Assembly (NCBI RefSeq): GCF_964194025.1
Contig: NC_134475.1
Coordinates: 11,408,001 to 11,472,000 of the forward strand
Length of the DNA: 64,000 nt
From: Convolutriloba macropyga
Taxonomy: Eukaryota
Reading direction: 5' to 3'
Positions within the stretch are counted from its first letter, which is position 1. Each line of letters starts with the position of its first letter. This document shows positions 11,039-23,420 of the stretch, one piece after another. The notes below the pieces were generated by a model, which was not told the origin of the DNA, did not search any database, and saw nothing but the letters and a program-made list of their open reading frames with translations. The translations under genes and the position numbers were made by a program.

Positions 11039-12820
11039 TTATTGTTGTTGTTGGCAATTTACGACTGCTTGTCGAGGGGTCGTTCAGACCCGTGATTCTT
11101 GCTTTTAGAGAATTGTCCGTGAATTTCTGCATCGGTGACAATCGCAACACAGTTGCCACGTTGAGATATTTTGAGTGTTGAACGATTTATTAACAAAAGT
11201 ATTCAGTTTTTCAGTCCTCGCGGTTCCACAAAATTTATTTCATTGTCGATTCGATTTGCTAGTCTGCGATTTTGAAATCGCATTAGTTTCGCGCCTTTTC
11301 GAGTCTTACTTTCCTGAGCGTGTACAATTCTGTGAATCTTCCTCGAACTTTGTTTATTTCAGGTATTTCTATATCGTCTCTACCTTCTCGAGTAAGCTTT
11401 GAGAGGGTGAGGAGATGGTTCATCTGCATGTACATTGGTAATGGCAAGATGTTCAAAAGCCTCAGTTGGTTCTCATAGGGCTCGTTTGGTCCTGTTATCC
11501 GCCTAACTGCTTTCCGCTGGATTTTTTCAAGATTTCCGAAATCAGATTTTGAAGACGTGGTACAGTTGATTCCTTATAACAAGAATGGCAGAACCAGCGA
11601 TTTGTATACTCCCAGTTTGATGAATGGTTTTAGGGCATAGGCGGCATTCCTCCTTATCAAGTAAAGGACTCTAGTTGCTTTATTGAGTTCAGCATTTATA
11701 TGAGCCGACCTTGTCAGTTTCTTACTGACGTTTATACCAAGGTCCTTGAATGCTTGCAGAGAGTTCAAATTTTGATTCAAGAGTTCAAAATCCTTTTCTG
11801 GCACTCTTATGTTTAGTATTCCACACTTGTTGACTGCAAGTTCCATTTCGTTCGTCGCTACCTAGTTTTGTGCTGCATTTATGTCCTCCTGGAATTCGGT
11901 ATCACTGTATCCTATTGAAATGAATTTTCAGGTCATCGGCAAACAGGTATGGACCGATAAATCTTAGGACATCTGGGAGGTCGTTGATGAGTGTACAGAA
12001 CAGAGAGGGTCCAAGAAGAGATCCTTGGGGTACGCCACTTGTGATTTCAAGAATCCTGGAGCTTGTGTTACCAGCTCTGACGAATTGTCTTCTATTGTGG
12101 AGATAGTCAACCAAAACTTCGAGAAAGCATCCTACCACACCAATTTGACCTACTTTTATGAGTATTTCTTTATTCGGTACTTTGTCGAAAATTTTGGAGA
12201 AGTCAGAGTAGGAGTGTAGACAGATTGGAAGAAGTTGTTTAGTAAGTTTACTTTGTCTTCAATGTTGGATACTGATTTTGCACCATAGATTAGAACTTTT
12301 GGAAGTTTTGGTGACTTATTAAGACTTCAGAGATGTCTGAAGATCACACTGGGATCTCTGGTGCTCATTATGTTCTCTTGATAACTACACCGATCTATTT
12401 CTGCGGCCTCTGTCACAACATTTTTAAATTTCCTTCCGATGTTTTTCCGATATGACGTTGGTTTGTTCGCTACGAATTTACTCTGATTGTTCAATTTCTT
12501 CATCAAATTGGACGTACTTGGTGGAATCCCAGGTTGTAGAGATTGCCTATGCCTGGTCCTTTTGGGAATCGTTGCTTGTGCTACCTTTTTGAAAAAGAAG
12601 TACATCTCTTTGCACATGTTGTTTATGTTTGTCTAACACTCTGGTTTGAACGCAGCAATTGTGATCATTTTGCTTACTTCCGAGTCATCAAATCTTGCAT
12701 AACTTCGAAAAATTCTCAAAGTTGGTTTCATTTCTGTGTGAGGGCACTCAACTAGAAGACTGATTGCCTTGTGATTTGAGCAGTTAAATGTTTTTGTGAG
12801 TTCTTCGTCAAGAGCGGAGT
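11039..12820 (-). mobile_element. CR1-group LINE fragment (tandem duplicate of the 3' part of 14024-17310)
   Basis: RT motifs GVPQGSLLGP and LFADDLK; (AAC)n-AAT tail at ~11039-11052; internal deletion. Confidence 0.88.
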
Positions 12821-14023
12821 TTTTACTTGGACTCAAAATTTGCAAACTGAACATCGACTTTGATTTCCATTATGTTACCATGGAAAATCACTGAAAGACC
12901 AAAACAAGCCATCAAAATTAGTTCTCTTGGATTAAATGGAACACAGCGAAACATAGGGCTGCAGAGCATGAGAAAACCAAAAAATATTCATAGATCAAAT
13001 TCGATATCACTATGAACAGAAGAAACATCCCAATATGTTTTTTGAAGCAGAAAATATTCTCGAGAAACAGCTTGTAATGGCAATTAATTCTTAAATCGCC
13101 TTTATATTGGACATCAATGCTTGCAAATCAATAGAACTTAAGTTTTTTTATTTCCATCATAACTTCCGATCTCAAAAAAAATGAATTGAGCAATCTCCCT
13201 CGCCAACACGGAGTGAAACAACAAAGTAGATCTATCATGAGGAAATTTGAAAATTTTTTTTCTAAGCATTGTTTTGGTGCAATCAAAATCAACTCACGAA
13301 CAGATGCACTAGTTGAACCAAAAATCAACAGTTAGGATGAATTTGTTACATATATTACGATTTTTATTATCATAGGAGGGCATTTTGTACTTGCAAGAAG
13401 CTCTTACTCCGCGTTGGAGATAAATAAATTAAAAAAAACGGATCTTTTCTGCTTGTGCCCCCCAGCGTAGTGGGCGCATTTTATTTGCACCCCCAGACGC
13501 AAGTGACATATTTTAAAGTGATGATTTACTACGTAATGACATGTGCTGTGTAACTGGGGTTTCATAACGTACTGGGGAGACACAAACGGAAAAGATCCGA
13601 AAAAACTGGCAACTGTCAAGCGCCGTACATTTGTTAGCTATTTGCTTAGGTTTGTTTTAACATCGATACCTAAACTTTAGGTTTTCATGTACACATATGC
13701 CAAGGAATTGTTGTTTGTTCTCATTAAACGTAGACAAGAAAAAGTAGTATTCTAAATAAAAAAACATTTGCATTCATTGAACTAGTCAAGCACGTTTAAT
13801 ATAAACTAAACAGATGAAGTTATTTCGTGGTACAGCCATGGTGGTCCCCGGTTATAAAAGTTGTTGCTGCCAGCTTCTTTGCAAAACTATGCCCTGAGTT
13901 TTTTGAAGTACAGCACCGCTCGCATAATTTCCAATTACTTGCCCGAATCTTTCCCATTATATCCCCCCCATAAAAATATAGCCCCCCATTACGGTATAAT
14001 TACCGTGATTAGGGGGCTATAGG

Positions 14024-17000
14024 TTATTGTTGTTGTTGGCAATTTACGACTTTTTGTCAAGGGGTCGTTCAGACCCGTGATTCTTGCTTTTAGAGAATTG
14101 TTCGTGAATTTCTGCATCGGTGACAGTCACAACACAGTTGCCACGTTCAGGTATTTTGAGTGTCGAACGGTCTAGTAACAGACTTCCATATCGAGTTTAG
14201 TATTCGGTTTTTCAGTCCTCGCGGTTCCACAATATTTATTTCCTTGTCGATTCGGTTTGCTGGTCTGCCATTTTTGAAAACGAATTCGTTTTGCGCCTTT
14301 TGGAGCCTTACTTTCCTGAGCGTGTACAATTCTGTGAATCTTCCTCGAACTTTGTTTATTTCAGGTATTTCTATATCGTCTCTACCTTCTCGAGTAAGCT
14401 TTGAGAGGGTGAGGAGATGGTTCATCTGCATGTACATTGGTAATGGCAAGATGTTCAAAAGCCTCAGTTGGTTCTCATAGGGCTCGTTTGGTCCTGTTAT
14501 CCGCCTAACTGCTTTCCGCTGGAGTTTTTCAAGATTTCCTAAATCAGATTTTGAAGGCGTGGTACAGTTGATTCCGTATAACAAGAATGGCAGAACCAGC
14601 AATATGTATAATCCCAGTTTGATGAATGGTTTTAGGGCATAGGCGGCATTCCTCCTTATCAAGTAAAGGACTCTATTTGCTTTATTGAGTTTAGCATTTA
14701 TATGAGCCGACCATGTCAGTTTCTTACTGACGTTTATACCAAGGTCCTTGACTGCTTGCAGAGAGTTCAAATTTTGATTCAAGAGTTCAAAATCCTTTTC
14801 TGGCACTCTTATGTTTAGTATTGCACACTTGTCGACTGCAAGTTCCATTTTGTTTGTCGCTACCTAGTTTTCTGTTGCATTTATGTCCTCCTGGAATTCG
14901 GTATCACTGTATCCTATTGAGAGGATTTTCAGGTCATCGGCAAACAGGTATGGATCGATAACTCTTAGGACATCTGGGAAGTCGTTGATGAGTGTACAGA
15001 ACAAAGAGGTTCCAAAAAGAGATCCTTGGGGTACGCCACTTGTGATTTCAATAATCCTGGAGCTTGTGTTATCAGCTGTGACGAATTGTCTTCTATTGTG
15101 GAGACAGTCAACCAAAACTTCGAGAAAGCATCCAACCACACCAATTTGACCTAATTTTATGAGTATTTCTTCGGTACTTTGTCAAAAACTTTGGAGAAGT
15201 CAGAGTAGAAGGTAACTATGTTGTCACTTGTGTTCTTGTCCATTGCCTCGTAAACCTTTTGCAGGAAGGAAAGCATATTTGTAGTTACAGATCTACCCTT
15301 GAACCATGGTGATGCTTGCTCAAGAGTTTATCAAAGTGTTCATATAGTGGCTCGTACATGCATTTTTCAAAAATTTTACTGTCAATATTCAGTAGAGAAA
15401 CCTGACGATAATTCGTGACCAGTCTACTGTCGCCCTTCTTATAAATAGGGGTGAATGAGTCAATTTTCCGATGGTCGGGAATTATTCTCAAGCGCTTTAT
15501 GTTCTTAAAGACTAGGTATAAGACATCAGCCATTGGTTTCGCTGTTTTTTAGCAGAAGACAGGGGGTTACCCGTTAGGGCCTCTAGTGCAGGTGATGTCG
15601 AGCTCCGATTGTATTCGATTAATCTTTTGCTTTGATATACAGAAATTTGTCAAAGTTGGGTGCATAGAATTGATGTCTTCTATGCTGAAGGAACGTTTAG
15701 GAGTGTAGACAGAATGGAAGAAGTTGTTTAGTAAGTTTACTTTGTCTTCAATGTTGGATACTGATTTTGCACCATAGATTAGAACTTTTGGAATGTTTGG
15801 TGACTTATTAAGACTTCTGAGATGTCTGAAGATCACACTGGGATCTCTGGTGCATATTATGTTCTCTTGATAACTACACCGATCTATTTCTGCGGCCTCT
15901 GTCACAACGTTTTTAAATTTCCTTCCGATGTTTTTCCGATATGACGTTGGTTTGTTCGCTACGAATTTACTCTGATTGTTCAATTTCTTCATCAAATTGG
16001 ACGTACTTGGTGGAATCCCAGGTTGTAGAGATTGCCTATGCCTGGTCCTTTTGGGAATCGTTGCTTGTGCTACCTTATTGAAAAAGAAGTACATCTCTTC
16101 GCACATGTTGTTTATGTTTGTGTAATACACTGGTTTGAAGGCAGCAATTGTGATCATTTTGCTTACTTTCGAGTAATCAACTCTTCCAAAACTTCGAAAT
16201 GTTCTCAAAGTTGGTTTAATTTCTGTATGAGGGCACTCAACTAGAAGACTGATTGCCTTGTGATCTGAGCAGTAAAATGTTTTTGTGAATTCCTCGTCAG
16301 GAGCGGAGTGCATGTAACAATTTTGATAGAAGGCAACGTCAAGTAGGTTGTTTCCGCGTGTGTTAAAACCAACACTTTGAAGAACAAAGTTGTTTTCAAA
16401 GAGTTCTAGTACTTCCTGTTCGTCAGTGTCCTTACCTGAGAAGTTGTGCCAGATTGTGTTCGGAAAGTTAAGATCTCCACAGATTAGTGCTCTGCTCTTT
16501 TTTGGTAGGGCTGACAGAAGTGCTCTCAAGTCCTCTTGTGTGTATCTGTACCCACTTCTATTAGGGGGGTTGTAGAACACAGAAATAAAAAGCTGAGTTT
16601 TGTAATTTCTAGTCTTCAGGTGAGTGAACAAACGGGATGGTCAGTATTAAGTTGTTCAGATGCTAGGCAGTTTTTGATGGCATTCATTGCCCCTCCGTGA
16701 GTGTTGTTTTCTCTCTGATCCATATATGATGTAGTTGTCTAAGAGTAGTTCAGATGATGAAATGTTGTCCTTTAACGACGTTTCGCAAGCACAAATAATG
16801 TTATCTCGGCTTTGGATTTGTCGGGGGTCTTTTGGAATCCCTTGTATTCGAACGCTTTTTCTGATATTGTGATCCAAGTCATGCGGCTCTTTGGAGTGTC
16901 CTTTGGATTTAGCACCTACATTTCTTGGCTGGACGGCAGAGCCTCCGCATAGCTATCATCTACTTTTTCGCGTGTAGTTTTAATGGCATTATCCACTCTT

Positions 17001-17310
17001 GTATCAACGACTGCTGTTATTCTTTCTTCCATTGTTTGCAATTTTTTGTTGATCTCCTGCGTTTCTGTTTCAATCTTTTTACTGATCTTGTCAATCGTTC
17101 GACATTTTATCAAATTGTCATTTTCATTTTTATTCAGACATTATCCACAAAGAAGCATTGCCAGTTGACCCACTTCTTTGAGACAATTAACTGTAGCTTG
17201 CTTAAGTTCAGTACAACCTGTCTAGAAGTGAATATGAATATAACAGGCTACGCATATGTATCTTGGCGGTGTTTGATTTATAACTTTTTTACACGTATTG
17301 CAATTTTTTG
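14024..17310 (-). mobile_element. CR1-group non-LTR retrotransposon, near full length, disrupted
   Basis: Coiled-coil ORF1 remnant (16916-17113). APE endonuclease motifs (CET, YNPP, GDLNFP, LLDV, SDH) and RT motifs (NYRQVSLL, GVPQGS, LFADDLK). Simple-repeat 3' tail; multiple stops and frameshifts. Confidence 0.88.
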
Positions 17311-17970
17311 ACCTGTTAAGGGGGGATAAGTAAAGCGAGACTCAAGGAAGAGAAGGATAGAAAACGCTAGGAGTCTGAACAAATAAATCTAGTCTCTTAA
17401 CAACAGAAGAGTCGATACAAAGTTTTCTTCATAACTTGAACATTTAAATCCAGTCTTTTCATAAAAACTTACTACAAATCATTCAATGTCCTGAGTTTCT
17501 TCCAGTCTCTGTCGTTTCGCTTTTCGTTGTTGCTTGTTCGGCTTCTTTCGTTTCCTTAAGAGTCTATTGAGGTCGATACCGTTATCGATAACAATTTCGA
17601 GACTGTGAATTTCTAAGAAATGTTGGTGAAGCTCGTTGTACTCGTTGGTCTGTGACCACTAAGTTTGGTGTGTATATTAGCAAAGACGCAACAGCCCCAT
17701 AGCCATCCCTTTGTTTATAGTTTTAGCACCTTGTATCACAGTTAATGGATGCAGTCATTCTACGTCGTCCTTCACCAATAACGTGTAAAAAACTATTTAA
17801 CAAGTTGATCAAAATAATCAGTCTACATCAAAACAATTCTGCAAAGTTTTGCTTTAAAATTGCAGAAAACCACGAGAAGTTCATCGGTAGTCAAAAGATT
17901 TCTTCGGTTTTTTTTGTGCGGCGTTAAGCTATTATTTATGACGACAGGTGAAAGGATAAGATTGTTGGCC

Positions 17971-20600
17971 TAGTAGTAGTAGCAAAATGGGTCTGGCCCT
18001 TCAGTGTCGTCAGGTGCGGGGACTGAGTCCCGCTTCTCTGTCCATGGTTGCTGTTGAGTTTTCCACGTATCGTTGACTAGTTCTTTGTAATTCGTTTCAA
18101 AGTTATGTCGCAGATAATTGAGTAGTCGACTTTTGAAACCCGTTGCATTTCCAAACTTTAAACTCTGTGGAAGTCTATTCACAAGAGTACAAGTTCTTAA
18201 GAAGAAGCATTGCTGGCAAATTTTAATGCGTGGTTTTGAATGGTCCGATTACAGTTCATTGTAACCCTTAATGAGCGTGCGGTGGTCCTCAAACAGACAA
18301 ATTGATCAATAATGAAATTGAAATGACCCGTAAGAAATTTAGAAAGAAAAAGTTAATCCTGTTTTTGGAGATAAAGAAAGCGGTAAGATACGACTGCAAT
18401 GAAGTATTTCTTCGAAATTGTTATTGGTCGTGCTGTTGAACCGTTTCAAACTCTTCTTCTGAACTCTTTCGAGTACTTTTGTGTTTGTTTCTTCAGCAAA
18501 CCAACAAACACTTCCTTAAGATCCTTTGTTACATAAACTCCTAAATTCTTCTGTATGTGTATTTTTGGGTTCAAGGTTCCAGGAAAACTAATGTGAAGCA
18601 TGGAATTAGACATTGAGATGTGAGAGGATTTTTCTACGTTTAATGGGAGTTTGTGTTGTTCACTCCATTTCATCACCCTGGGTAAGATCCATCTGACAAT
18701 TAAGACTGAACCTAATAACAGATATGAATTTAACGTCATCGGCACACAGGAGAGGAACAACAGCTCTGCAAGTTTCTGGTAAATCGTTGAAGTAGATTAC
18801 AATGAAGAGGGATGCCTGAAGAGATCCCTGAGGAACTCCACTTGCATCGTTGACGCCTTCAGAAAAACGGCCGTTGATTCTAATTCTTTGCGTCCTTCCG
18901 ATTAGGTAAGATTGCAGTAATTTGATTATTTTCCCGTGGATACCAAAATTGAGTAAATTTGCTAGAAAAATTACGTGATCGATATTATCAAACGCTTTCT
19001 CACAGTCGGTATCAATTATGTCAATATTTTCTTTTGAATCAATTGGATTATATATAGTTTCTAGGTATACCAAGAGTTGAACGACGCAGAAGCGATTTTT
19101 TCGAAAACCATATTAGGCCTGATGAAATATGGGTTCTGAATGCCTGTAAACACATATAAACAATCAACGTTCAAAAAATTTAAATGCAATTGTCAGAAGA
19201 AAACCCTGTCTATAATTCTCTTAATCAGATTTAGAAATTTTTTGTAGGGTGGAGCGACTATTGAGTTTTTCCAGCTACGTCGAAAAACACTCGTTTGTTT
19301 TATTTTGTAGTAAATTTGGTTTACGAATTTACTGACTGCTCTTGAACATCTTTTCTATACAATTGCAGGAATTTTGTCCAGACCTTTTGCTTTGCGAACA
19401 TCTAAATTTCCACAGATCTTATCAATCGTTTTTTGGGAAATGTCAAACTTTGTATAAAAGCGTATCAACGGGAGCAAATTGTTTAGGACAAAACAGGAAG
19501 AATTTTGAAAATTGAGGCAAAATACTTTGAGAAAAGAGAGCACGAACAGGATCATTAGCAATTTAGTTTTCCGATGAGGCAGAGCTTGAAATTGCGGTCA
19601 CCCTGAAGTTTTTGTAGTATTTGAAAATCTTTTCAGTGGATCGGGATGCTGCCAATATTGATTCATACTCTGCTTTTCTCTTCAATCAGCGTTTCAGCAA
19701 TGTTCTCTAGCATTTATATTTTCTTCAGATTTTTTTGCATGGTTTCTTTTAGGTGTTTAAGGTCGCTTAATTGCGGTTGACTTAGGTGGTTTATTCCACG
19801 GTGATAATTGAGGTCGATGCCTTGTCTTTTTTAAGAGTTTTTCAAATATTATTGGTCTAACTCAATCGTAACACTGTTCAAGCAGAACATTAATGTTACT
19901 CCAACAAAATCCATGAAAATGTAATTCAGTTATCTCTTTATTCATTTCTTCAAATCTAGCCTTACAGAAGCAGTAAACTATCTTTGAATTTGTGTCCCTT
20001 AGATACAAGGAGCTTAGTCTTCTGACTCTAACTTTAAGGGCTATTGCATCATGATTCGTTAACAAACTGATGTCCAAATTAATTTTTTTTGCAGGATATA
20101 ATTTATGTTTTTGGTCTTACTAAGACGAGATCCGGAATGACTGATGCTGCAGTAGTGAAAATAGTGATTTGTTGGAAGTTGTAAAAGCTAATTAGGTCAA
20201 AAAAATTCTGTGTATCTGAGTTCCTAGCAGATTAATCGTGCCACTCAATTGCCGGCAAATTGAAATCATCATACACAAATGTTGGTTATGAGGACTTTGA
20301 CAGTGTAAAGATTTCCTCGAATTGTAGATAACGATCTTGAGGTGACATAGCATACGAACTGGGACATGATGAGTTCGGGGGGGGGGAGGGGAGGGAGAAT
20401 TGGAGAGAAAATGCTAACACGCCTCCATAAATGCTTGAATAAAGAGGAAATTTTTTAGAGACAAAAGTTTTCTTGAAAGCAATCGAAACACCTCCTTGTT
20501 TCCATTGTTTTTTTCGGATTTTTTTTCTGATTGAAAGATTGTGTAATTAGGAAGAAAGAGCTCGTTATCGTGAATTGAGCATGTCTCATGATGGGCATGT
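17971..20600 (-). mobile_element. Second CR1-group LINE family, degenerate copy 1
   Basis: DCEKAFD, SGVPQGS and LCADDVK RT motifs; DDFNLP endonuclease remnant; (TAC)n tail at 17971. Confidence 0.82.
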
Positions 20601-20855
20601 GCATAGTTTTAGCTCCTGGTATCACAGTTAATACATGCAATCAGTCTACGTTGTCCTTCACCAATCACGTGTAAAAAACTATTTAACAAGTTGATCAAAA
20701 TAATCAGTCTACATCAAAACAATGCTACAAAATTTTGCTTTAAAAATGCTGAAAACGACGAGAAGTTCATCGGTAGTCAAAAGATTTCTTCGGTTTCTTT
20801 TGTGCGGCGTTAAGTTATTATTTATGACGACAGGTGAAAGGATACGGGTGTTGGA

Positions 20856-23420
20856 GTAGTAGTGGTAGCAAAATGTGTCTGGCCTTTCGGTTTCGTCAGG
20901 TGCGGGGACTGATTTCTGCTTCTCTTTCCATGGTTGCTGTTGAATTTTCCACGTATCGTTTACTAATTCTTTGTAATTCGTTTCAAATTGATGCCGCAGA
21001 TAATTGAGTAGTCGACTTTTCAAACCCGTTGCATATCCAAACTGTAAACTCTGTGGAAGTCTATTCACAAGAGTACAAGTCCTTAAGAAGAAGCATTGAT
21101 TGCAAATTTTAATGCGTGGTTTTGAATGGTCCGATTTCAGCTCATTGTAACCCGTAATGAGCGTGCGGTGGTCCTCAAACAGACAAATTGATCAATATTG
21201 AAATTGAAATGACCCGTAGGAAATTTAGAAAGAAAAAGTTAATCCTGTATTTAGAGATACAGTAAGCGGTAAGATACGACTGTAATGAAGTATTTCTTCA
21301 AAATTGTTATTGGCTGTGCTGTTGAACCGTTTCAAACTCTTCATCTGAACTCTTTCGAGTACTTTTGTGTTTGTTTCTTTAGCAAACCAACAAACACTTC
21401 CTTAAGATCCTTTGTTACATAAACTCCTAAATTCTTCTGTATGTATATTTTTCGGTTCAAGGTTCCAGGAAAACTAATGTGAAGCATGGAATTAGACATT
21501 GAGATTTTAGAGGATTTTTCTACGTTTAATGGGAGTTTGTGTTGTTCACTCTATTTCATCACCCTGGGTATGATCCATCTGACAAATAAGACTGAACATA
21601 TCAACAGATATGAATTTAACGTCATCGGCACACAGGAGAGGAACAACAGCTCTGCAAATTTCTGGTAAATCGTTGAAGTAGATTTCAATGAATAGGGATG
21701 CCTGAAGAGATCCCTGAGGAACTCCACTTGCAACGTTGACGCCTTCAGAAAAACGACCGTTGATTCTAATTCTTTGCGTCCTTCCGATTAGGTAAGATTG
21801 CAGTAATTTGATTATTTTCCCGTGGATACCAAAATTGAGTAAATTTGCTAGAAAAATTACGTGATCGATTTTATCAAACGCTTTCTCACAGTCGGTATCA
21901 ATTATGTCAATATTTTCTTTTGAATCAGTTGGATTATATATAGTTTCTAGGTATACCAAGAGTTGAACGACGCAGAAGCGATTTTTTCGAAAACCATATT
22001 AGGCCTGATGAAATATGGGTTCTGAATGCCTGTAAACACATATAAACAATCAACGTTCAAAAAATTTAAATGCAATTGTCAGAAGAAAACCCTGTCTATA
22101 ATTCTCTTAATCAGATTTACAAATTTTTTGTAGGGTGGAGCGACTATTGAGTTTTTTCAGCTACGTCGAAAAACACTCGTTCGTTTTTTTTGTAGTAAGT
22201 TTGTGGACCTTTTGCTTTGCGAACATCTAAATTTCCGCAGATCTTATCAATCGTTTGTTGGGAAATGTCAAATTTTGTAAAAAAGCGTATCAACGGGGGC
22301 AAATTGTTTAGGACAAAAGAGGAAGAATTTTGAAAATTGAGGCAAAATACTTTGAGAAAAGAGAGCACGAAGAGGATCATTAGCAATTTCGTTTTCAGAT
22401 GAGGCAGAGCTTGAAATCGCGGTCGCCTTGAAGTTTTTGTAGTATTTGAAAACCCTTTAATTGGATCGGGATGCTACTAATTTTGATTCATACTCTGCCT
22501 TTCTCCTCAATCAGCGTTTCAGCAATGTTCTCTAGCATTTCTATTTTCTTTATATTTTTTGCTTGGTTTCTTTTAAGTGTTTCAGGTCGCTTAATTGCGT
22601 TTGACGTAGGCAGTTTATTCCACGGTGATAATTGAGATCGATTCCTTGTCCTGTTTGGAACTTTTTCAAATATTATTGGTCTAACTCAATCGTACCACTC
22701 TCCAAGCAGAACTTTAATGTTACTCCAACAAAATCCATGCAAAAGTAATTCAGTTATCTATTCATTCATTTCTTCAAATCTAGCCTTACAGAAGCTGTAA
22801 ACTATCTTTGAAATTTTGTCCCTCAGATACAAGGAGCTTAGTTTTCTGACTCTAACTTTAAGGGCTATTGCATCATGATTCGTTAACAAACTGATGTCCA
22901 AATTAATTTTTTTTGCAGGATATAATTTATGTTTTTGGTCTTACTAAGACGAGATCCGGAATGACTGATGCTGCGGTAGTGAAAATAATGATTTGTTGAA
23001 AGCTGTAAAAGCCAATTAGGTCAAAAAAATTCTGTGTATCTGAGTTCCTAGCAGATTAATCGTGCCACTCAATTTCCGGCAAATTGAAATCATCATAGAC
23101 AAATGTTGGATGTAAGGACCTTGACAGTGTAAAGATTTCCTTAAACTGTAGATAACAATCTTGAGGTGACATAGCATAGGAACTAGGACATGATGAGTTC
23201 GGTGGGGGGTGGAGGGAGAATTGGAGAGAAAATGCTAACACGCCTCCATCAATGCTTGAATAAAGAGAAATTTTTTTAGAGACAAAAGTTTTCTTGAAAG
23301 CAACCAAAACACCTTGTTTCGATGGGTTTTTTTTCGGATTTTCTTTCTGATTGAAAGATTGCGTAATTGGGAAGAAAGAACTTGTTATCGTGAATTGAGC
23401 ATGTCTCATGATGGGCAGGT
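20856..23420 (-). mobile_element. Tandem copy 2 of the same degenerate LINE
   Basis: ORFs 21546-21959 and 18660-19073 are nearly identical, as are 20709-21068 and 17970-18182. The copies share lesions. Confidence 0.85.

Larger units (their letters stand above)
9845..16309. repeat. Tandem duplication (unit 1 9845-12820, unit 2 12824-16309) covering the Rb-like start codon, its upstream region and a LINE 3' part
   Basis: tacttggactcaaaat occurs at 9845 and 12824, and both units end in gagcggagt. Unit 1 lacks 15209-15700 of unit 2, with TAG microhomology at the deletion junction. Confidence 0.9.
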
